Assembly: GCA_026014485.1 (NCBI GenBank)
Contig: JAOZIE010000008.1
Coordinates: 160,716-224,715 of the forward strand
Direction: 5' to 3'
Length of the DNA stretch: 64,000 nt
DNA from: Candidatus Bathyarchaeota archaeon
GTDB lineage: Archaea > Thermoproteota > Bathyarchaeia > Bathyarchaeales > Bathycorpusculaceae
Position numbers and translations under genes: made by a program. Position 1 is the first letter of the stretch; each line of letters starts with the position of its first letter. Shown piece by piece: positions 1 to 9,644 of this stretch. The notes below the pieces were generated by a model, which made no database searches, was not told where the DNA came from, and saw nothing but the letters and a program-made list of their open reading frames with translations.

Positions 1-318
1 CCCGACGAAGCAGGACACGTTAAAGACCCCGCACTGAAAGTGAAAACCATCGAGGACCTTGACCGCAGAGTCCTGGGCAGAATCCTCCACGGACTAAAAG
101 ACCCCGTCGCGGTCGCGGTTTTGCCCGACCACCCCACGCCCATCACGGTTGGCACGCACACACGCGACCCTGTGCCCTTCACGATTTACACTCCAAACAG
201 CGCTGGCGATGGCGTTGAAAGGTTCGACGAATCCTCAGCGGCAAAAGGCTCCTACGGGCTGGTAACACAGCAGTCCCTCATGTCTCTGTTCGTTTCCTCA
301 ACCACGAAACCGAACTGA
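1..318 (+). CDS. apgM: Cofactor-independent phosphoglycerate mutase (ApgM family), 3' part; 5' end lies outside the window
   Basis: Frame 1 is open from base 1 (PDEAGH...K...IEDLD); DHPTP and HTRDPVP metal-binding motifs and FDE..A..GS.G C-terminus. Confidence 0.85.
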   Translation, partial: PDEAGHVKDPALKVKTIEDLDRRVLGRILHGLKDPVAVAVLPDHPTPITVGTHTRDPVPFTIYTPNSAGDGVERFDESSAAKGSYGLVTQQSLMSLFVSSTTKPN

Positions 319-349
319 GACGAATTTCATTACGCCGCAATCTGGTGGT

Positions 350-2800
350 TTAGCGTTGTTTTCTAAGCAGCACAGCGTTTAAAGCTACGGATACAGCCGC
401 AACTGCTGCGATGGCTACCCAGAGCGTGATTTGCTGTAGTTGTTTGTCTTGGTTTGGTGGCTCTGCGGTGCAGGTGGGAAATGGCGAGGCGCTGGGCTGT
501 GTTGTCGGTTGTGTTGACGGCTGTTCGGGTGAGGACGTTGGTTGCTGTATAGTCGCTGGTGAGGGTGATGGTGCATACTGCTGGGCAATGTTGCTTATTG
601 GAATGTTTATCTTGATTACGTGAGAGCTGTGCGTGTAGTTGAGAGTTAAAAGCCAAGAATCAGCGATGGAAGATGCAGAGTAGGGCACTTGGTTTCCATC
701 AAGGTACACTGTGGCGTAGCCTACGTTATCCGTGAGGTTTTTAGCGATTGCTACCTTGAAGTATCCGAAGGTTCCTGAGGGTCCACTAGCTGTGAAGCCC
801 AGTTGCGAGGATGTCGAGTCGAATGCCAGCGAGGAAATCGTACTGTTTGACTCAACTAAGAAGACATATTGGTTTTGGCAGGGCACTGAGCTTAAGGTGA
901 CTGTGCTGTTTGTGCCCACAAAAGTGGCGTTGCCTTGCCATTCTGCTTTTAGCGTAAAGGTTCCTGTTGCCGTGTTAACCCATTGGATATAGTAAACGCC
1001 GTTTTCGTTAGTAGCACTTGAGCTGATGGGCAACCAAGAGTCGAAGCCGGCAAAGGTGTAGGAAAGCACAACCGTTTCTTTGCTGAGTTTGGTTCCGTAA
1101 ATATCAGCGAGTTCTCCGCTTATGCTGACTGGAGAACCCACAACAGTGGACGCTGCTGTTGAAATGGAAACCGAGGTTGACATTTTCACCTGTACTGTCT
1201 GTGTGGAGGAAGAGTTTTTGCCCGCGTTGTCATACACCGTTAATGTAACGTTGTACATGCCTTGCACTGCATAGGTGTGGGGTATTGCAGGTTGATTTGT
1301 CGTTGTTGTGTTTCCGTCACCGAAATCCCATTTGTACGCTGTAATTGTTGCGGGTTGGTTTACGCCGATATTTGGCTGAGATAGCGAGGCGTTGAACAAA
1401 ATGGGTCTGCCAACTGCGCTAGACGAGGGTGACCAATCAAAGATGGAAACAGGTTCTGAAAACTGAAGGTAAAGATTCTCAATTTCCTGAGTAGTTAGTC
1501 CTTTATCGTAGACCATTACGTTGCGCATTTGTCCTTTGAAGTATACAGGAATTCCCCATCTGCCCTGAGCGTATATGCCTAGTGAAGGTGGCCACCCAGA
1601 GCCAGGGTTGTAAAGATTCAAATCAGGGATTACCTTTTCCTCTCCCATCAAGACTCCATCCACGTAGACCTTCAACGAAGTTCCTTTAACCCACACCCCG
1701 AGAAGTTGGTGCCAAAGATTTGGCTCCATGGGTGACGAGGAGTAGACATTGTACCACTGAAAATTTGATAGGTGTACACCGAATCTGGCGAAATTTATGT
1801 TTAAGGCTGGAGCATGCCCGTTGGTCAATTCGCCATTAGCAAGTTCAAATTCGCCCATGTTGCCTTGTTCGTACACATATCCCACTTGCGTTACGTTAGT
1901 GTTTATCCAAGCAGCCACAGTAAATGAGTCCACCGTTGTTAGAGGTAAAGAGGGAAGACTGACGTAATTTGAAATACCGTCGAAACTGAGAGAGTTGCCA
2001 GTTTGGTCACTGCCCCAAGTTGCCCCCTGAATTACTCCGTGGTGATTGTTTCCTGACGAATCTATGGCAACAACTCCTGTTCCTTCATTCATTTTCCACC
2101 ATGCCATCAAGTCTGGTTTTGGCGTTGGATTTTGAGTGGCTGGAGGCAAAGGCAGGTTTGTTGTGTTTTCAACTTTGAAGTAATCAAAGCCAACGTCAGC
2201 CCGTCTGGCTCTTAATCCTGCCAGTCCACTGCTGTAACTGATGTCGGTTCCAGACATCACTTCTTGGTCGTTAACGAAGCATCGGAAAACGCTTCCCTGA
2301 ACGACCACTTTCAGAGTATAGTTTTGGTTTTGTTGAATGGGGAATGTTCCAGGTGCCCCGTCTGCTACAGTTCCCGTATTCAAACCTGCAACGGGGGTTC
2401 CGTATCCTGGGTCTTGCGGGGTGTACTTAACTATCGCTACAGAGTCATATTCGTTGCTCAGTTCAAATGAATAGTAGTTTTCGTTGTCTGTGTATCTGAA
2501 AATTATGCCTGCTCTAAACCCAACGGTGTCTGTGAAATTCAGTTTGGTTTCTATTGTACAATCCGTCAGAGGCATGTCTGTTACCGTGGTTATGCCGTTT
2601 TCGATTATGCCAACTGAAACGGAGTATTCTCTATCTATAACTTGCCAGTTTCCAAGGTTCCTTGCCCAACCATCCGAATTTCCATCTGAAAAATCATCAT
2701 AGAAATAAGTGTCAGATGCTTTTGCGAATTGAGGTGAAATAGCTGTTACTAATGAAAGCATCAAGAAAACTGCGATAAGCAATCCAGTTTTCTTTCTCAT
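350..2800 (-). CDS. Secreted, membrane-anchored surface protein with lectin-like/LamG, PKD and Ig-like domains
   Basis: Signal peptide; LamG-like (WKMNEGTG...DSSGNNHHG); PKD (YKWDFGDG); Pro/Thr linker; C-terminal TM helix plus basic tail. Confidence 0.8.
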   Translation of the reverse strand: MRKKTGLLIAVFLMLSLVTAISPQFAKASDTYFYDDFSDGNSDGWARNLGNWQVIDREYSVSVGIIENGITTVTDMPLTDCTIETKLNFTDTVGFRAGIIFRYTDNENYYSFELSNEYDSVAIVKYTPQDPGYGTPVAGLNTGTVADGAPGTFPIQQNQNYTLKVVVQGSVFRCFVNDQEVMSGTDISYSSGLAGLRARRADVGFDYFKVENTTNLPLPPATQNPTPKPDLMAWWKMNEGTGVVAIDSSGNNHHGVIQGATWGSDQTGNSLSFDGISNYVSLPSLPLTTVDSFTVAAWINTNVTQVGYVYEQGNMGEFELANGELTNGHAPALNINFARFGVHLSNFQWYNVYSSSPMEPNLWHQLLGVWVKGTSLKVYVDGVLMGEEKVIPDLNLYNPGSGWPPSLGIYAQGRWGIPVYFKGQMRNVMVYDKGLTTQEIENLYLQFSEPVSIFDWSPSSSAVGRPILFNASLSQPNIGVNQPATITAYKWDFGDGNTTTTNQPAIPHTYAVQGMYNVTLTVYDNAGKNSSSTQTVQVKMSTSVSISTAASTVVGSPVSISGELADIYGTKLSKETVVLSYTFAGFDSWLPISSSATNENGVYYIQWVNTATGTFTLKAEWQGNATFVGTNSTVTLSSVPCQNQYVFLVESNSTISSLAFDSTSSQLGFTASGPSGTFGYFKVAIAKNLTDNVGYATVYLDGNQVPYSASSIADSWLLTLNYTHSSHVIKINIPISNIAQQYAPSPSPATIQQPTSSPEQPSTQPTTQPSASPFPTCTAEPPNQDKQLQQITLWVAIAAVAAVSVALNAVLLRKQR

Positions 2801-2949
2801 ATTTTTTCCTCGGTTGCCCTGAACGTTTTCTCATTCATAGGCATCAATTAGACCTCCGTGATTTTTTGCCTAAAAGGGTATTTGTAAAGAATTCTTGTGT
2901 CAAGAAAAACTGTGTAACTTTTCCCTTTCCGATTGAGGAACCTGACAGT

Positions 2950-3414
2950 TCATTGTTGGTTGTCCCAGCGGTACTTCTGTTTCTTTTCTTTTAGCTTTTC
3001 CAAATCACAGTTGAAGCATAGTCCATTGTGGCAACAAATCAGCCCATCGCATTTATCGCACTTCCAAACCTGCCTTTGGCTGGCAAGGAAGCTTTCCATT
3101 CCGGATTCCTTGATGAACTTCAGGTTGTCTATCATGCTCATCCTGTAGCGTTTTCTGTACCCGCGGTCCAGCGCCTTTAGGTTATCGCAGGGGAAGCTGG
3201 CGCATTCGAAGCAGAAGTTCACTTCGCCGTTGAGCAGTTTTTGGCACCGTTTTTTCAGGAACGCACAGGTTTTGCCTCGGGGACGGCACCCGATACAGTA
3301 GGGAATTTTGACACCTTTGCTCTTTACATCGGTCTTTGCCGCTAAGTAGCTTGAGCATAAGGCACAGTTCATGCCGCACGGCGCCACTAACTCGACGTTT
3401 TCAGGTGTATTCAT
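2950..3414 (-). CDS. Cys-rich DUF3795-type protein
   Basis: APCGMNCALC, CIGCR, FCFECASFPC motifs and C-terminal CxxC...CxxC. Confidence 0.75.
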   Translation of the reverse strand: MNTPENVELVAPCGMNCALCSSYLAAKTDVKSKGVKIPYCIGCRPRGKTCAFLKKRCQKLLNGEVNFCFECASFPCDNLKALDRGYRKRYRMSMIDNLKFIKESGMESFLASQRQVWKCDKCDGLICCHNGLCFNCDLEKLKEKKQKYRWDNQQ

Positions 3415-3589
3415 CCAAGACCAAACTCCAATTAGGGCTATCTGCGGATAAGGTTTTCTTAGATTTTTAACTTTAGCAAACAGAGTGCGTGAGGTGCAAA
3501 AATTAGGGGCGTATGTTAATTGTTGGGGTGTTTGGCGATTCTGCTGTCAGTGGGTATTGAGTCTATACTTTTGCAAAACCTATTAATAC

Positions 3590-5137
3590 GTGGAAATCAT
3601 TCCTCGTTGCCATCGGTTGGAGGAGAAAGCGCTCAAACCACAAAAAAATACCCGTACAATTGAAGAAATAAATCAGAAAATCAGAAATGGCGATGTCCAA
3701 GTTTTAACCGCTGAGGAAATGAAAAAGCTTGTTGAAAGCAGCGGTGTAGAAGTGGCTTTTAGGGAGGTTGATGTAGTCACCACAGGTACTTTTGGTGCTA
3801 TGTGCAGCTCAGGAGCCATCGTAAACATCGGGCATCCCGACCCCCCCATAAAACTTGAAAACGCTTGGATGAATGATGTGCCGATTTGTCATCCGGGCGC
3901 AGCAGTAGACCTGTATATTGGGGCATCTGCCATGTCCACAACGCAGCCCTATGAGTATGGCGGTGGACATTTAATTGAGGATTTGGTGGCGGGCAAAGAG
4001 GTTGAGTTGAAAGCTAACTCTTACGGCACAGACTGCTATCCCCGAACTCAGGTGAAGACGAACCTCACTAAAGATGACCTTAACCAGTTTTATCTGCTTA
4101 ACTTCCGCAACTGCTACCAACACTACAACTGCGCCGTGAATAGCCGAGACGAAACCATCTACACTTACATGGGCAAGTTGCTGCCTCGAATGCGTAACGC
4201 AACTTTTTCTGGTGCGGGCGAGCTTAACCCGCTTATGAACGACCCCGACTACGAAACCATCGGCATCGGAACCCGCATTTTCCTTGGCGGAACCCAAGGC
4301 TACGTCATCGGCGAAGGCACGCAGCATGAAGCCAGCAGCCTGAATGGCACTTTGATGGTTAGGGGAAACGCTAAGAAGATGAGCCCAGAGTTTCTGCGCG
4401 GCGCCGCATTTACGCGGTATGGCACTACCCTTTACGTGGGCTTAGGTATCCCTATTCCCATCCTGAATGAGGGGTTAGCGCGGAAAACGGCTATCCGCGA
4501 CGAAGAAATCTTCACTAACGTGGTGGATTATGGGGTTCCCCGTCGAGACAGACCGAAATTGGCGAGAGTCAGCTATAAGGAGTTGAAGTCTGGCGGCGTC
4601 ACGGTTGGCGACAGAAGAATTAGAGTTAGCTCGCTTTCCAGCTTGAAGAAGGCGCGTAAAATCGCTGGCACCCTCAAAGATTGGATTGTTCAGGGCGAAT
4701 TCTTTTTGTCTGCGCCTGTGGAGCGTTTGCCCCTTGACGGCGTCTTTAAGTCTATGAAGCAGACGGAAGCCATAGTTTTTGTGGTTAACGTGATGCAGAA
4801 AGCGGTTACCTGCAGGGAAACCGACGCGGTAAGTGCCATCGCAAAACGCATCGTTACCAAATCCGTAAACCACATAGTCGTTGTGGATGAGCAGGGTAAG
4901 CTTACTGGCATCGTTACTTCATGGGATATTACGCGTGCGCTGGCAGAAGGCAAGGATGCATTGGCAGAAATCGTTACGCGGCATGTGTTTACCGCTAAAC
5001 CTGATGAACCCTTGGAGACTGCGTCGAAGCGTTTGGCTCAGCATAACATCTCTGCGCTTCCAGTTATAGACAACAAAAACAAAGTGTTGGGGATAGTTAC
5101 CTCTGAAGACATCTCCAAACAGCTTGGGAGGAAGTGA
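3590..5137 (+). CDS. L-aspartate-semialdehyde sulfurtransferase (homocysteine biosynthesis, DUF39 plus CBS pair; MA1821/MJ0100 family)
   Basis: RTIEEINQKI, VDVVTTGTFGAMCSSGA, YGGGHLIEDLV, NFRNCYQ, C-terminal CBS pair; true start may be the in-frame TTG at 3617. Confidence 0.9.
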   Translation: MEIIPRCHRLEEKALKPQKNTRTIEEINQKIRNGDVQVLTAEEMKKLVESSGVEVAFREVDVVTTGTFGAMCSSGAIVNIGHPDPPIKLENAWMNDVPICHPGAAVDLYIGASAMSTTQPYEYGGGHLIEDLVAGKEVELKANSYGTDCYPRTQVKTNLTKDDLNQFYLLNFRNCYQHYNCAVNSRDETIYTYMGKLLPRMRNATFSGAGELNPLMNDPDYETIGIGTRIFLGGTQGYVIGEGTQHEASSLNGTLMVRGNAKKMSPEFLRGAAFTRYGTTLYVGLGIPIPILNEGLARKTAIRDEEIFTNVVDYGVPRRDRPKLARVSYKELKSGGVTVGDRRIRVSSLSSLKKARKIAGTLKDWIVQGEFFLSAPVERLPLDGVFKSMKQTEAIVFVVNVMQKAVTCRETDAVSAIAKRIVTKSVNHIVVVDEQGKLTGIVTSWDITRALAEGKDALAEIVTRHVFTAKPDEPLETASKRLAQHNISALPVIDNKNKVLGIVTSEDISKQLGRK

Positions 5138-5141
5138 GCGC

Positions 5142-5564
5142 ATGGTGCGGATTCTCCTAAAGTTCTCTGAGCAAACGGTGGAGCAGCCTATCGTTTCGCA
5201 GATTATCCTCGACTTGAAAGTGCCCCTAAACATCTTGACCGCTTACGTGAACAGTAAAGGCGGCGAAGTTCTAGCTGAGATTCCTGATGAAGCGTTAGAG
5301 AAGGTTGTGGCGGCTTTCCGAATGAGAAACGTTACGGTTAGCTTGCCAAAGCTCATCGAGGTCGACACGGAGAAATGCATCAGCTGCGGTTCCTGCGTGG
5401 CGCTGTGTCCTGTGGAAGCCATCACGTTAGATGAGGAATACTCGGTGGTTTTCGACAAGGAGAAATGTGTAGGCAGCACTTGCAGCGCCTGCGTGGATGC
5501 TTGCCCGGCGAGAGCCATCAAGTCGGTTAAGCAGAACAATCATGAACTCCACAGTTCTCGTTAG
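5142..5564 (+). CDS. NIL-domain 2x[4Fe-4S] ferredoxin, partner of the homocysteine synthase (MA1822-like)
   Basis: NIL N-terminus (PIVSQIILD...NILTA), CISCGSCVALCP and second Cys cluster; operon context. Confidence 0.85.
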   Translation: MVRILLKFSEQTVEQPIVSQIILDLKVPLNILTAYVNSKGGEVLAEIPDEALEKVVAAFRMRNVTVSLPKLIEVDTEKCISCGSCVALCPVEAITLDEEYSVVFDKEKCVGSTCSACVDACPARAIKSVKQNNHELHSSR

Positions 5565-5587
5565 AGAAAGAGGCGGTTAGCCAGCCA

Positions 5588-6298
5588 ATGAAGAGCCTGT
5601 TCAGGGAAGCTTTTACCTACAAGGATTCTCAATGCAGCCTAATTGCTGACAGGGCAAGCGGCATCCAAACCGCCAAGCAGTCGCTTATGCGTAACCGCAC
5701 GCGGCTTGAAGAGTTCATTGCGGCTAACCCGAAGTTCGAGTATGCACTGCAGCCTGTTTCTGTACCCAACGAGCCTTTAGTGGCTAAGCTTATGGCTGAA
5801 GCCGCAGAAAAGGCAGCGGTGGGTCCCATGGCTGCGGTTGCGGGTGTCTTGGCGGATTTAGCGGTGAAGGACATGGTTGCGGATGGCTGCAGGGTTGCTG
5901 TGGTTGAGGACGGCGGCGAAGTCTGCGCGGTTTCCGATGTGCCCATTGACGTTGCGGTTGCGGCTGGGGAAGAGGCGTTGTCGCGGCGGTTTGGCTTTCG
6001 CCTCACAGAGTTCCCTGCTGGTTTGGGGACGAGTTCGGGCAGGTTTAGTCACGCGTTAAGTTTTGGCGATGCGGAGGCTGCAACAGTTTTCTGCGGCGAA
6101 GCTGGGTTGGCGGATGCCGCTGCCACGGCGGTTGCAAACGTTGTGAAAGGTGAAGATGTCCAAGCGGCAATTGAAAGAGGGCTTTCGGTGGGCAAGGCAA
6201 TCGTGGGCGTGGATGGCGTTTTTGTGCTTTACCGAGGCTGCGTTGGAACTTGGGGCAAACTGCCGCAAATAATCAAAGTCGACCCCCAAGTACCCTAA
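5588..6298 (+). CDS. UPF0280 / ApbE-like protein linked to sulfide assimilation (MA1715-like)
   Basis: VGPMAAVAG, EDGGE, TSSGRFSHALSFGDAEA, ADAAATAVAN motifs; third gene of the known trio. Confidence 0.85.
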   Translation: MKSLFREAFTYKDSQCSLIADRASGIQTAKQSLMRNRTRLEEFIAANPKFEYALQPVSVPNEPLVAKLMAEAAEKAAVGPMAAVAGVLADLAVKDMVADGCRVAVVEDGGEVCAVSDVPIDVAVAAGEEALSRRFGFRLTEFPAGLGTSSGRFSHALSFGDAEAATVFCGEAGLADAAATAVANVVKGEDVQAAIERGLSVGKAIVGVDGVFVLYRGCVGTWGKLPQIIKVDPQVP

Positions 6299-6593
6299 CA
6301 GAATCCCTGTGGTTCTGTGCTGTCTGCTGTGATTTTGGTCTACCCTCTATCTTTGTGATGCGCTTGTTTTGGGTTGCTTTTTTGTTTCTGGTTGCGTTTT
6401 GGGTTTTTCTTATGTCCTAAAAAGGTCTGAAATGGCTGGATATGGTCTGTTTTGGCTGTTCTGTCTCTTCTACAAATGTGTTTATCTGCTGCCTTTTGCG
6501 CCGCTCATAAGCTGATGTTTGGGTAAGCTTTTTTGTTTTCAGGTTTGTCTTTTAGGTAAACCTTAAAACCTGAACGTTGCATTAGTATTTTGC

Positions 6594-7286
6594 TTGGTGG
6601 ATTTGATGCAGCAGGGTGCTCAGGGAAGAGTTTCGAAAACTGTTTACGCCGTTTTCTTCTTGACTTTACTTGTGGCGGCAGTGGGTTTATCTCCAGTTGC
6701 CTTCGCTTCCGACTCAAGTTTTGGCAACCAAAGCCAAGGCCCCTACAGCGCCACAGCTTTCGGAGGCTTATACGTTTCCAACTTTGTCAGCCCCGCAGAC
6801 ATTGGAGCCATAACTCAAATTCAAGTTTACCTAGCTACAGGCGGGACATCCGTTAAAGCCGTAATATACTCTGACAATAATGGACAACCCGGCGCCTTGT
6901 TGGCGGCAAGTGATTTCGTTGCGGTGGAGGGCACATCTGCACGTTGGGTCAGCTTTGATGTTTCTTACGCTGGGACAACACCCGACACGGTTTACTGGCT
7001 GGGCGTAGTCTTCGAAAGCGCAGGAACCTACTATTACACCGACGTTAGCGGAAAAACACTTTACTCCGCCTCCAACACGGATGCACCAAACGAGTTTCCC
7101 GAGGGAACCCCGAACCAACTAGAGTCCTTGAACGTCTACGCAGCTTACACACCCGCATATACCTCCACTCCCACCCCAGAAGACAACCCTGACCCGATGC
7201 AGTCAACACTGCTGTGGGTCATCATAATCGGCGTGATTGTTGCTGTAGCGGTTGCCGTCGCCTTTGTAATGCTTAAGCGAAAGTAG
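6594..7286 (+). CDS. Hypothetical secreted, membrane-anchored protein
   Basis: Signal-like N-terminus, beta-rich domain (IYSDNNGQPG), PT linker, C-terminal TM plus KRK. Confidence 0.65.
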   Translation: MVDLMQQGAQGRVSKTVYAVFFLTLLVAAVGLSPVAFASDSSFGNQSQGPYSATAFGGLYVSNFVSPADIGAITQIQVYLATGGTSVKAVIYSDNNGQPGALLAASDFVAVEGTSARWVSFDVSYAGTTPDTVYWLGVVFESAGTYYYTDVSGKTLYSASNTDAPNEFPEGTPNQLESLNVYAAYTPAYTSTPTPEDNPDPMQSTLLWVIIIGVIVAVAVAVAFVMLKRK

Positions 7287-7379
7287 CCCTCGCAGTTGCT
7301 TTTTCGCCTTTTCTGCAGCAGAATCCCCCTTCATTTAACTTGTATCTGGCAGTTTAGACTCGGCTTAAACTGGATGTTC

Positions 7380-7396
7380 CGAAACGCTTTTATTTT
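7380..7396 (+). promoter_or_regulatory. Putative BRE/TATA promoter of the leader-aspartate kinase-aro operon
   Basis: CGAAACGC-TTTTATTTT about 40 nt upstream of the leader ATG. Confidence 0.5.
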
Positions 7397-7435
7397 TGAA
7401 AATCAGTCTGAATTAACAGATTCGAGGCTATAACG

Positions 7436-7516
7436 ATGGATTCAACGCTTAAGGCGAAAAAAATTTCTACACGCTTCTATAGCTTCGAGTACTGCTTTTA
7501 TTATTACTTTAACTAA
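7436..7516 (+). CDS. Putative Phe/Tyr-rich leader peptide MDSTLKAKKISTRFYSFEYCFYYYFN (26 aa)
   Basis: GAGG SD at 7424-7427, ATG 7436, TAA 7514-7516; 9 of the last 13 codons are Phe/Tyr; lies directly upstream of the aromatic amino-acid operon; not in the ORF track. Confidence 0.7.
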   Translation: MDSTLKAKKISTRFYSFEYCFYYYFN

Positions 7517-7559
7517 GCCCAGAACAAAATTTTTGGAGAAAAGTTCTGGGCGTTGAGGG
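7517..7559 (+). promoter_or_regulatory. Hairpin between the leader stop codon and the aspartate kinase RBS (candidate attenuator element)
   Basis: Perfect 9-bp inverted repeat GCCCAGAAC (7517-7525) / GTTCTGGGC (7543-7551), then GAGGG (7555-7559). Confidence 0.65.
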
Positions 7560-8810
7560 ATGGTTATGAAAACGGAAAAATCTTGCAAAAAAATCGTGGT
7601 CAAATTCGGTGGTTCTAGCCTTGCTGACCCTGAAAGGCTTTCCCGAGCGGTAGCTGCCGTAGTTAACGAGGCCAAACGTGGTACACGACTTGCCGTTGTT
7701 GTCTCGGCTATGGGCAAAACAACTGATGTCCTTCTCAACACGGTCAAGAACACCTCCAATGGCAAACTTGAAAAGCATGAGCTTGACGATATACTATCCA
7801 TGGGTGAGCGGACCAGCGTTCGCATTTTCTCTGTTGCTCTGCGAACCAACGGCGTGGACTCCCGCTACTTCGACCCGCGGGACGACGATTGGCCAATTAT
7901 CACTGATGCTTGTTACTCGAACGCGAATCCTCAGCGCCAGCAGTGTGAACAGCGAATCCGCGACTGCATTCTGCCTTTGGTTGAAAAAGGTGTTGTCCCA
8001 GTTATCGCTGGGTTCGTGGGCAGAACCACAGAGGGCAAAATCACCACTCTGGGACGCGGAGGCAGCGACACAACCGCCTTCCTTTTGGCTGAAGCCCTTG
8101 GTGCAGACGAAGTTGTTTTAGCAACCGACGCCGACGGCATAATGTCAGGTGACCCAAAGGTTGTTGCGGAACCTCGGCGTCTATCTGAAATCGACGTTAG
8201 CACATTGGTGGGCCTCGCAGATTCAGGAGCTAAATTCATTCACAGTAAAGCCCTCAAGTATAAGCCTCAGTCTGTGGATGTCCGCGTCATAAGCAGCGCC
8301 CACGGTGACTTAACCCGCGAGGGCACCATAATCCGCGGCGCCTTAGCTGCTGAACTGGATGTGGAGCAGGCTCACGGTTCGCCCATGGCAGAAATAACCA
8401 TAGTGGGACAACGCATATCCGACAACCTTAAACTCATTGAGGATTTAGTCGCCAAAGCCAAGGTACACACCACCCTGCTTGCCATGTCCATGAACACTAA
8501 CTCCGCCATCCTGTACGTCTCCGCCGAGAAGAACCTTGACGCACTCTTCAACGCCATCCACCAAACCGTTCTGGAAAACGAGGAAGCCAAAGCCATGGCA
8601 GTCAAAAAAGACATCGTTTTCCTCAAAATCCGCGGCGTCGGCTTAGAGGAAACGCAGGGTATAATCGGCAAAGTCAGCGAGGTTTTGCGTGTTAACAGCA
8701 TCAACATAGCTGGCATTCTCACAATAACCTCCAGCATCCTGCTTTTTGTAGACTGGAATGAACGGGAGAAAGCGCTGGAGTTAATCAGAAAATCCTTAAG
8801 GAGCCACTAA
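7560..8810 (+). CDS. lysC: Aspartate kinase with ACT domains
   Basis: VVKFGGSS, VVVSAMGKTTD, TTLGRGGSDTTA, C-terminal ACT; SD spacing favours ATG 7566. Confidence 0.92.
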   Translation: MVMKTEKSCKKIVVKFGGSSLADPERLSRAVAAVVNEAKRGTRLAVVVSAMGKTTDVLLNTVKNTSNGKLEKHELDDILSMGERTSVRIFSVALRTNGVDSRYFDPRDDDWPIITDACYSNANPQRQQCEQRIRDCILPLVEKGVVPVIAGFVGRTTEGKITTLGRGGSDTTAFLLAEALGADEVVLATDADGIMSGDPKVVAEPRRLSEIDVSTLVGLADSGAKFIHSKALKYKPQSVDVRVISSAHGDLTREGTIIRGALAAELDVEQAHGSPMAEITIVGQRISDNLKLIEDLVAKAKVHTTLLAMSMNTNSAILYVSAEKNLDALFNAIHQTVLENEEAKAMAVKKDIVFLKIRGVGLEETQGIIGKVSEVLRVNSINIAGILTITSSILLFVDWNEREKALELIRKSLRSH

Positions 8811-8852
8811 AATGAAAAACACAAACCCCAAAACCCAAAGGAAGGACCCAGA

Positions 8853-9644
8853 ATGATTTCAGGCAAAACCCGCAGACTCAGAAGAATTCTCCAACCCGAT
8901 AACCACACAGTCATCGTTCCCATGGACCACGGCGTCACCATTGGTCCAATTAAGGGCATCGAGAACATGCAGACCATAACCAACCAGCTGCTGGATGGCG
9001 GCGCAGATGCCCTTGTCGTTCACAAAGGTATAGCCAAAAACATCGAGGCAAAAACCGCTGGGCTAATTGTTATGCTTTCTGGATCCAGTAACCTTAACCC
9101 CAACCAGAACAACAAGGTCCAAGTCTGCTCGGTGGCCGAAGCCGTCCGCATAGGCGCCGACGCCGTCTCTGTACACGTTAACGTAGGCGCCCAAGACGAG
9201 GACAAGATGCTTCAGGTGCTGGGGAAAGTTTCTGACCAATGCGATGTCTATGGTTTGCCTCTGCTTGCCATGATGTATCCGCGTGGACCCAAAATCACCC
9301 TTGAACATGCGCCTCAAACGGTGGCACACGCAGCCCGAATCGGAGCGGAACTCGGTGCAGACATAATCAAAACCAACTACACAGGCGACGTGAACACCTT
9401 CCGAGCCGTCGTGGAAAGCTGCAGCGCCCCCGTTGTTATCGCAGGTGGACCCCAAGCAGGAACCCCCCGAGATGTGCTGCAAACCACCCACGAAGCCATG
9501 GAGGCAGGCGGCGCAGGACTCTCCATCGGCAGAAACATATTCCAACACGACAAACCCACGTTGATGGTTAAGGCGCTCTCCGCCATCGTTCACGAAGGCG
9601 CCTCCGTGGAGGAAGCACTTAAAATTCTGGGGGACTCCCCATGA
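8853..9644 (+). CDS. aroA': 2-amino-3,7-dideoxy-D-threo-hept-6-ulosonate synthase (AroA', class I aldolase)
   Basis: IVPMDHG, AMMYPRG, AELGADIIKT, GRNIFQH; adjacent to DHQ synthase II. Confidence 0.9.
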   Translation: MISGKTRRLRRILQPDNHTVIVPMDHGVTIGPIKGIENMQTITNQLLDGGADALVVHKGIAKNIEAKTAGLIVMLSGSSNLNPNQNNKVQVCSVAEAVRIGADAVSVHVNVGAQDEDKMLQVLGKVSDQCDVYGLPLLAMMYPRGPKITLEHAPQTVAHAARIGAELGADIIKTNYTGDVNTFRAVVESCSAPVVIAGGPQAGTPRDVLQTTHEAMEAGGAGLSIGRNIFQHDKPTLMVKALSAIVHEGASVEEALKILGDSP

